A stretch of 64,000 bases of DNA, taken from positions 64,001 through 128,000 of the forward strand of contig CBDCWP010000043.1 in the NCBI GenBank assembly GCA_965223505.1. Direction: 5' to 3'. This DNA comes from Planctomycetota bacterium. GTDB lineage: Bacteria > Planctomycetota > PLA2 > JAEUHO01. The notes below the pieces were generated by a model. That model made no database searches. It was given only the letters and a program-made list of their open reading frames with translations, and was not told where the DNA came from. The translations under genes were made by a program, and so were the position numbers. This document shows, one piece after another, positions 58,741 to 64,000 of the stretch; position 1 is the first letter of the stretch, and every line of letters begins with the position of its first letter.

Positions 58741-59082
58741 TTACTTCACGACGCGCAGGTACTTGAGCCCGTAGATGAAGAAGGCGACGGCGATGACGCC
58801 GAGCAGGATCTTCCCGGCGGTCGCCAAGAACAGACTCTCGATCACGTCTTCGAGGCTGATGATCGCGTCGCGCTGTCCGAGGAACAGCGCGCCGATCAGC
58901 GAGACGGCGAGGACGATGAACAGCAGACCGCGGACGGCTTCCGCGAAGCGCACGCCCGCCGAGGTCCGCCGGGCGGGCGGCGCGGTCTTTCCGGCCTTCG
59001 CGTACGCCTTGATCCGCTTGGCCTCGAGCTTCGCCTCGGTCTTGAGCAGCTTCTTCTCGCGCTTGGCCTGTTTGTCGCCCAC
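58741..59082 (-). CDS. Small two-TM hypothetical protein
   Basis: Lys-rich N-terminus followed by two hydrophobic helices. GTG start inferred. Confidence 0.65.
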   Translation of the reverse strand: MGDKQAKREKKLLKTEAKLEAKRIKAYAKAGKTAPPARRTSAGVRFAEAVRGLLFIVLAVSLIGALFLGQRDAIISLEDVIESLFLATAGKILLGVIAVAFFIYGLKYLRVVK

Positions 59083-59126
59083 GGCGACACGGTACCGTCT
59101 CGTGGAGGTTTCGCGTAGCTCCCGCG

Positions 59127-59537
59127 CTACGCGTCGCGGCTGTGGGATCCGTCGCAGAACGGGGCGTTGCCGGTGCGGCCGCAGCGGCACAGCGCCATCT
59201 TCGCCGCTTCCTTCAAGACCTCGCCGGACGGCGTACGGACGACGCACGGGCCGTCGACCATGAGCGGGCCGTTGTCCAGCACGGTGACGGTCACGTTCGC
59301 CGCGCTCGCACCTTCCGCTCGTGTGTCCTCGCTCTCTTGGATTCTCAGCGCCTCGGTCGGGCACTTGGCAACGACCGCGCGCACGTCGTCCGCGGAGGCG
59401 TTGTCGGGCTGGATCCACGGGCGCGCATCGACGTCGAACACGCCGGGCAGGCCCCGAACGCACTCGCCGGCATGAATGCAGGCCTCCCTGTCGTAGGTGA
59501 CGACGACGTCCTCGCCGCGGTAGGTCTTTCTGCCCAT
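59127..59537 (-). CDS. Divergent 4Fe-4S (YjdI-like) + CDGSH iron-sulfur domain protein
   Basis: CIHAGECVRGLPGVF...CPTEAL and LCRCG...PFCDGSH. GAGGAG RBS. Confidence 0.92.
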   Translation of the reverse strand: MGRKTYRGEDVVVTYDREACIHAGECVRGLPGVFDVDARPWIQPDNASADDVRAVVAKCPTEALRIQESEDTRAEGASAANVTVTVLDNGPLMVDGPCVVRTPSGEVLKEAAKMALCRCGRTGNAPFCDGSHSRDA

Positions 59538-59701
59538 GGGTGTCTCCTCGGGATCACGCGCGCAACAGTACCGAATGCGGCGCGGGGCGCGGTCGAAGAC
59601 CTGGACAGCGGCCCGCTGGCGCCGCAGTCACACCGCGTCGTAGACTGTGTGTCGCTGATACGCCCTACCGGCTACCCGCTGAATCAAGAAGGGAGGGCTA
59701 G

Positions 59702-59902
59702 ATGCGCTGCATGAAGTGCCACGAGCACGCGACGTTCCAGCAAACGGTCTTCAAGGGCACGATGCCGACGACCGTCAAGTTGTGCAACGCCTGCGCGGAC
59801 AAGGTCGACGTGAGGTTTCACCTTGAACGCATCCACGCCGCCGACAACCACGACGCGAAGAACGCCGCCGTAGGCAACTTCCTGGACGCCATCGAGGCGT
59901 AG
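59702..59902 (+). CDS. Small CxxC...CxxC zinc-ribbon protein
   Basis: MRCMKC...LCNACA. GGAGG RBS. Confidence 0.7.
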   Translation: MRCMKCHEHATFQQTVFKGTMPTTVKLCNACADKVDVRFHLERIHAADNHDAKNAAVGNFLDAIEA

Positions 59903-60102
59903 GGGGCCAGACCGCACCCGCAGACTGAGCTCGTTCCCGCCGGAACGGGGCGCGGCGAACGTATGGTCCCCTGGCGCCGTGCCGCACTGCGGTTCGCCGG
60001 AGAACATGAAGTGGCCGGCCGCCGCGTAGGCGGAGACTGCGTCGAAGTCCGCACGGTCGAGCGACGTCTCGCTCGGCACGATCGGTGTGGTATCCCGCAC
60101 GC

Positions 60103-61143
60103 ATGGGCAACCGGGTGAACCCGCAGACGGACGGCCGTTTCGCGTCGCTGCGCAACCTGATCGGCGACACGCCGCTGATCGAGATGGAGTGCACCTTCCG
60201 CGGCAGGCCGTACAGCGTGTACGCGAAGCACGAGATCGGGAACTTCACCGGCAGCACCAAGGACCGCATGGCGCTGCACATCATGGAGGCCGCGTACGAA
60301 CGCCGCGAGGTCGAGCCCGGCCACGTCGTGGCGGAGGCGACCAGCGGCAACACCGGGATCTCGTTTGCGGCGCTCGGCCGGGCGCTGGGCCACCCCGTGC
60401 GCATCTACATGCCGGACTGGATGAGCCGCGAGCGCGTCCTCGTGATTCAGGCGCTCGGGGCCGAGGTCGTGCCGGTGTCCGTCGAGCAGGGCGGATTCCT
60501 CGGCTCCATAGCCCTCGCCGACGCCTTCGCCGAAGAGTCGGACCACGTGTTCCGCCCGCAACAGTTCGACAGCGCCGCCAACGTGGAAACGCACTACCGG
60601 ACGACGGGCCCGGAGATCCTCGGGCAGCTTGGAGCCGTCGGGAAGCAGCCGACGGCGTTCGTCGCGGGCGTCGGAACGGGCGGCACCGTGATGGGCGTCG
60701 GCGCGTACCTGCGTGAGCACGTGCCGGGCATCCGCATCCATCCGTTGGAGCCCGCGAACTCGCCGACGCTTCGAACCGGCACGCGGGTGGGGAAACACCG
60801 CATTCAGGGCATCAGCGACGAGTTCGTGCCGTCGCTCGTCGATCTCGACGAGCTCGATCACATCGTGGACGCGTGGGACGGCGACGCGATTCTCACGGCG
60901 CAGCGCATTGCGTCGGAGCTGGGGTTCGGCGTCGGGATCAGCTCGGGCGCGAACCTGCTGGGGGCGTTGCAGGTGGCCGCGGAGCAGGGAAGGGACTCCG
61001 TGGTCGCGACGGTGTTTCTCGACTCGAACAAGAAGTACTTGAGCACGGCGCTCTGCGCCGAGGAGCCGATGCGGGACGACTACCTCGTCGGCGAGATCGA
61101 GTTCGGCCGCTGCCGCGTGCTGCCGCGATGGAGTCGAAGCTAG
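60103..61143 (+). CDS. PLP-dependent cysteine synthase family protein
   Basis: IGDTPL, TGSTKDR, EATSGNTG, GVGTGGT, HRIQGI, GISSGAN. Confidence 0.9.
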   Translation: MGNRVNPQTDGRFASLRNLIGDTPLIEMECTFRGRPYSVYAKHEIGNFTGSTKDRMALHIMEAAYERREVEPGHVVAEATSGNTGISFAALGRALGHPVRIYMPDWMSRERVLVIQALGAEVVPVSVEQGGFLGSIALADAFAEESDHVFRPQQFDSAANVETHYRTTGPEILGQLGAVGKQPTAFVAGVGTGGTVMGVGAYLREHVPGIRIHPLEPANSPTLRTGTRVGKHRIQGISDEFVPSLVDLDELDHIVDAWDGDAILTAQRIASELGFGVGISSGANLLGALQVAAEQGRDSVVATVFLDSNKKYLSTALCAEEPMRDDYLVGEIEFGRCRVLPRWSRS

Positions 61144-63365
61144 CCCTCGTCGTCGGGCCAGGCTTCGTCGAAGAGCTTCCCCACGAACTGCTCCAGTGCC
61201 TGAGCAACCGTATGGACTCGTCGCTTGCCTTCCGGCGAGTCGGCTTGCAGTTCCCCGATCGACTCGATCCATGCCTTGACGACGTTCTGCTTGGAGGCGG
61301 CCCTCGGGACCGACATCGCGCGATCGCGCTCGATGAGCGCGGCGACGTCGGCGCGCACGTCCGGAGTATCGAGAGACGCCTCCACGAGAGCGAGCCCCGG
61401 CCTCGTCATCGACTTCGCGTCAGGGAAAATCTCCGGTCGGCTCCTGACAATTGCACGAAGGGACCAGAGCACGGGAATTGACCTGGTACTCCTCTTCACC
61501 GCCGCCATCGATTCTCGGTCTGTTGATCCCAGGATCTCGTTGATTCTCGCCAACCACTCCTTCTTGCCAAGGGTCGGTTCACGACGATCGAGCCTCAGTT
61601 GTCCCCCCGTTCGAGTCTTGTGCGCGCGGGCGGACGTGGGAAGACCGGTGGCCCGATCGATCCGCATGACGGCTCGCTGAGAACTCAGGACGATCTGGTT
61701 TCTCCCTTCATCGATGTGAACGCGTTTCTTCGCGAAGAAACTCCCGTCGAGCCACGTCACGGCATCGCCCGGTCCCACACCCAATCCCCATCGGTACTCC
61801 ACCATGTCGTACTCGCTTTCGTCGACTACGAGACTGAGCAGGGTGCGTTGCCGACGATGCCGTACGCGTTTCATTCCGAGTTGGTCGCAAAGCGCGTCGG
61901 CGGCCGGTTGCAGGACTTCCAGCACCTCGTTGAGCGCCTCCGCTCCCGGCATCACGTCCGAGTCGCCGCTTCCAAGTCCAACCGTGAGCGCTCCGTTCGT
62001 CACGAACCAGAAGTCCGTTTGAATGCCGGCTGAGCGCCACGTTTGCAGTGCGCCGTACAACGGGCCCTGACGGAAGAACTCCGTCACGCCGATCATGGGC
62101 GTGGCTTCGGTGTCGAGTCCCTTCGTCATGATCACGTCGTAGGCGACATGAAGGTCGCGCAGTGATTCGAGGCGCCGCAGAAGCGACTTGCGAATCTCCT
62201 CCGGCACACCCCGGGTCGGCCGCTCGGCCGCGACGACGGGCCAGGCTTCGTCGAAGTATCTCTCCGCATGGTCGCGAAGCACCATCGCGATCTCGTGGCC
62301 GGCGACGCGCTCGAACTCGAAGAACTCGTATCCCGCGGACTCGCGTATCGTCGTCAGGGGGCTGACCCAACACTGGACGATCCGTTCTCGCGCGATCTCC
62401 CGTGAGGGCGCCAGCTCACGCTCCTGCCGAACGAGGGCCGTCACGTCCGCGCGTGCTTCTTCGGTCCTGAGCGCGGCGTTGCCGAGTCGACGCGCGGCCT
62501 CCCGGAGCCGCTCCCCATCTCCCAGGAACTGTGTGTAGACCTGACGGATGGCGGCCAGCCCGCTTCGTATCGACATGACGCGATGCAGACGTTCCGTGGG
62601 CCGCTGGTCTACCTCCGGACCGCCTCGGCTCGTCAGGATCGATCGGATCTTCAGGGGCCACATTCTCGCCGGGAGCTTCGCAGCGGTTCGCACGATGTGA
62701 AGTCGCTCGCCGGTTCCCTCTGCGTGCGCAGTCGCTGAGATCAGTAGGCCGGTACTACGTTGGATCTTCATCTCGGCCCGACCGGAGGAAAGCACGACCA
62801 GATCGGCGCTCTCGTGGACGCGAACGGCTTTTCTCTTGAAGAGACTCTCCTCGAGCCAATATGCGGGACCCTCTGCGTAGGTCGCCAGCGAGAAGAGGAA
62901 CTCGATGTCACCGTGGGGCGACTCGTCGACCCCCACCCGCAGACCCGTCTGATGGCGGCCGACCTCGACGTTCAGATTCCACTCACGTGCGAGCCCGTGG
63001 ACTGCGGCGTTCACGTTCTCGAGAATCGCATTGAGAGCAGCCGTCCCCGGCTGCACGTCGTACACGTCGCCCTGACGCACAGCGACCATGGTCGTTCCAT
63101 CGGACACGAACCAGACGTCGTCTGGCAATCCGTCGACCTTCCGGTACATCCCGGTAACCGCTCCCTCACGATAGACTTCGATCAACCCGCTCGTGTGGGA
63201 TGCAGTCGTACTTTCGCCGGGGTCTCGCGTGAAGGCGTATGCCGCGTGAACGCGGTCCAGCCCGTTGAATCGCTCGAGGAGTTCCTTTCGCACCGACTCG
63301 CTCGCGTCGTGTCTAGAGGCTTTGTCGAAGTTGCTGTTGGCGAGCCTGCGAATCGATGCCTCCAT
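61140..63365 (-). CDS. Hypothetical protein with two tandem repeats of roughly 350-380 aa; probably the 3' part of a frameshifted longer gene
   Basis: Internal duplication: WFVSDG/WFVTNG, PGTAALNAIL/PGAEALNEVL, VDES, RSTGL/RATGL, FDEAWP twice. Confidence 0.7.
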   Translation of the reverse strand: MEASIRRLANSNFDKASRHDASESVRKELLERFNGLDRVHAAYAFTRDPGESTTASHTSGLIEVYREGAVTGMYRKVDGLPDDVWFVSDGTTMVAVRQGDVYDVQPGTAALNAILENVNAAVHGLAREWNLNVEVGRHQTGLRVGVDESPHGDIEFLFSLATYAEGPAYWLEESLFKRKAVRVHESADLVVLSSGRAEMKIQRSTGLLISATAHAEGTGERLHIVRTAAKLPARMWPLKIRSILTSRGGPEVDQRPTERLHRVMSIRSGLAAIRQVYTQFLGDGERLREAARRLGNAALRTEEARADVTALVRQERELAPSREIARERIVQCWVSPLTTIRESAGYEFFEFERVAGHEIAMVLRDHAERYFDEAWPVVAAERPTRGVPEEIRKSLLRRLESLRDLHVAYDVIMTKGLDTEATPMIGVTEFFRQGPLYGALQTWRSAGIQTDFWFVTNGALTVGLGSGDSDVMPGAEALNEVLEVLQPAADALCDQLGMKRVRHRRQRTLLSLVVDESEYDMVEYRWGLGVGPGDAVTWLDGSFFAKKRVHIDEGRNQIVLSSQRAVMRIDRATGLPTSARAHKTRTGGQLRLDRREPTLGKKEWLARINEILGSTDRESMAAVKRSTRSIPVLWSLRAIVRSRPEIFPDAKSMTRPGLALVEASLDTPDVRADVAALIERDRAMSVPRAASKQNVVKAWIESIGELQADSPEGKRRVHTVAQALEQFVGKLFDEAWPDDEG

Positions 63366-63396
63366 CGCGGCGTAGATCCGACCGCGTATCTGCTCG

Positions 63397-64000
63397 TCAC
63401 CACCAAACTGACCGCCGTACTCTCATCAATGATTCCATGGGCTGGACCCATGCATCGACCACGGTCGATCGCACCAGTTCGATCGAAGGAGACAGCACAC
63501 GATCTTCCTCGATGATCGAAGCGACATCCTCGCTCGCACCGTCGGAATTGAGAGTGACGGATAAGAGCGCTTCCGCGGCGTCCGCAAGACGAAGTGCGTC
63601 GTCGAAAACCTCGGTTGACTCACGAACAATGGCCATGAGCATCTCGAAGACCAGACTGACGCGCACGAGTCGACCCTTGAGACGAAGGCGCTGTGCGGCG
63701 TCAGGGCTGGCGAGGACGGCCCGAATCACCTGAGGCCACGTGTCCGGCCCGAGCTCCGGTTCTCCGCGCGTAATTTCCACCTCGTGTCCGGCGGAGTCTG
63801 ATCCGCGGGCCGACAAGAGCAGTCCGGTGGAGCGCTCGATCTCCACGTTCGACTCGTTCGTCCTCAAGATCACGCGATCGCGACCTTCGTCGATGTTCAT
63901 GGCGTGGCTGGAAAAGCGGTCTCGCCAGAGCCAGGAGGCGGGTGCGTCGAATACCAGGTGTATGCCAGCGTCGATGCCCCATGCGCTATCACTGCCAGCG
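63397..64000 (-). CDS. 5'-partial ORF carrying a further copy of the same repeat
   Basis: Frame is open to the window end. PASWL...IDEGRDRVIL...IERSTGLLLSARG...VVDAWVQP matches the repeats in 61140-63365. Confidence 0.65.
   Translation of the reverse strand, partial: AGSDSAWGIDAGIHLVFDAPASWLWRDRFSSHAMNIDEGRDRVILRTNESNVEIERSTGLLLSARGSDSAGHEVEITRGEPELGPDTWPQVIRAVLASPDAAQRLRLKGRLVRVSLVFEMLMAIVRESTEVFDDALRLADAAEALLSVTLNSDGASEDVASIIEEDRVLSPSIELVRSTVVDAWVQPMESLMRVRRSVWW

Noticed and set aside
59905..60090. Protein-like minus-strand stretch (SLDRADFDAVSAYAAAGHFMFSGEPQCG)
   Set aside because: No credible start or stop context and no family match by eye; possibly a remnant but unsupported.
1..64000. 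CRISPR array, tRNA (including tRNA-Sec), rRNA, selA/selB/selD, transposase or integrase
   Set aside because: None recognised in this window; the Sec machinery must be sought elsewhere in the genome.

Overview
GC-rich bacterial chromosomal window with about 45 CDS and no rRNA, tRNA or CRISPR seen. A Planctomycetota-like origin is inferred from ECF sigma fusions, a sigma/Ser-Thr kinase pair and DUF1800/DUF1501 genes. The headline observation is two exported thioredoxin-fold genes that the ORF track splits at an in-frame TGA. In each, the TGA sits at a redox-active position and is followed about 19-20 nt later by a SECIS-like hairpin. They read as selenoproteins: a SelN-like lipoprotein with C-T-U (9564-10829) and a TlpA-like protein with U-G-P-C (14720-15742). 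They lie among sulfur/redox genes (cystathionine beta-synthase, persulfide dioxygenase-rhodanese fusion, cysteine synthase, cytochrome c peroxidase, OsmC). Other points: a fold-back MITE-like element with CTAG ends; an orphan CHAT C-terminal fragment; three palindromic operator systems; a recurrent leaderless-gene architecture; a double-kinase/pseudokinase operon; membrane-tethered sigma factors; a tandem-repeat protein; and several apparent frameshifts that may be assembly errors. All family calls are from motif recognition by eye, not database searches.
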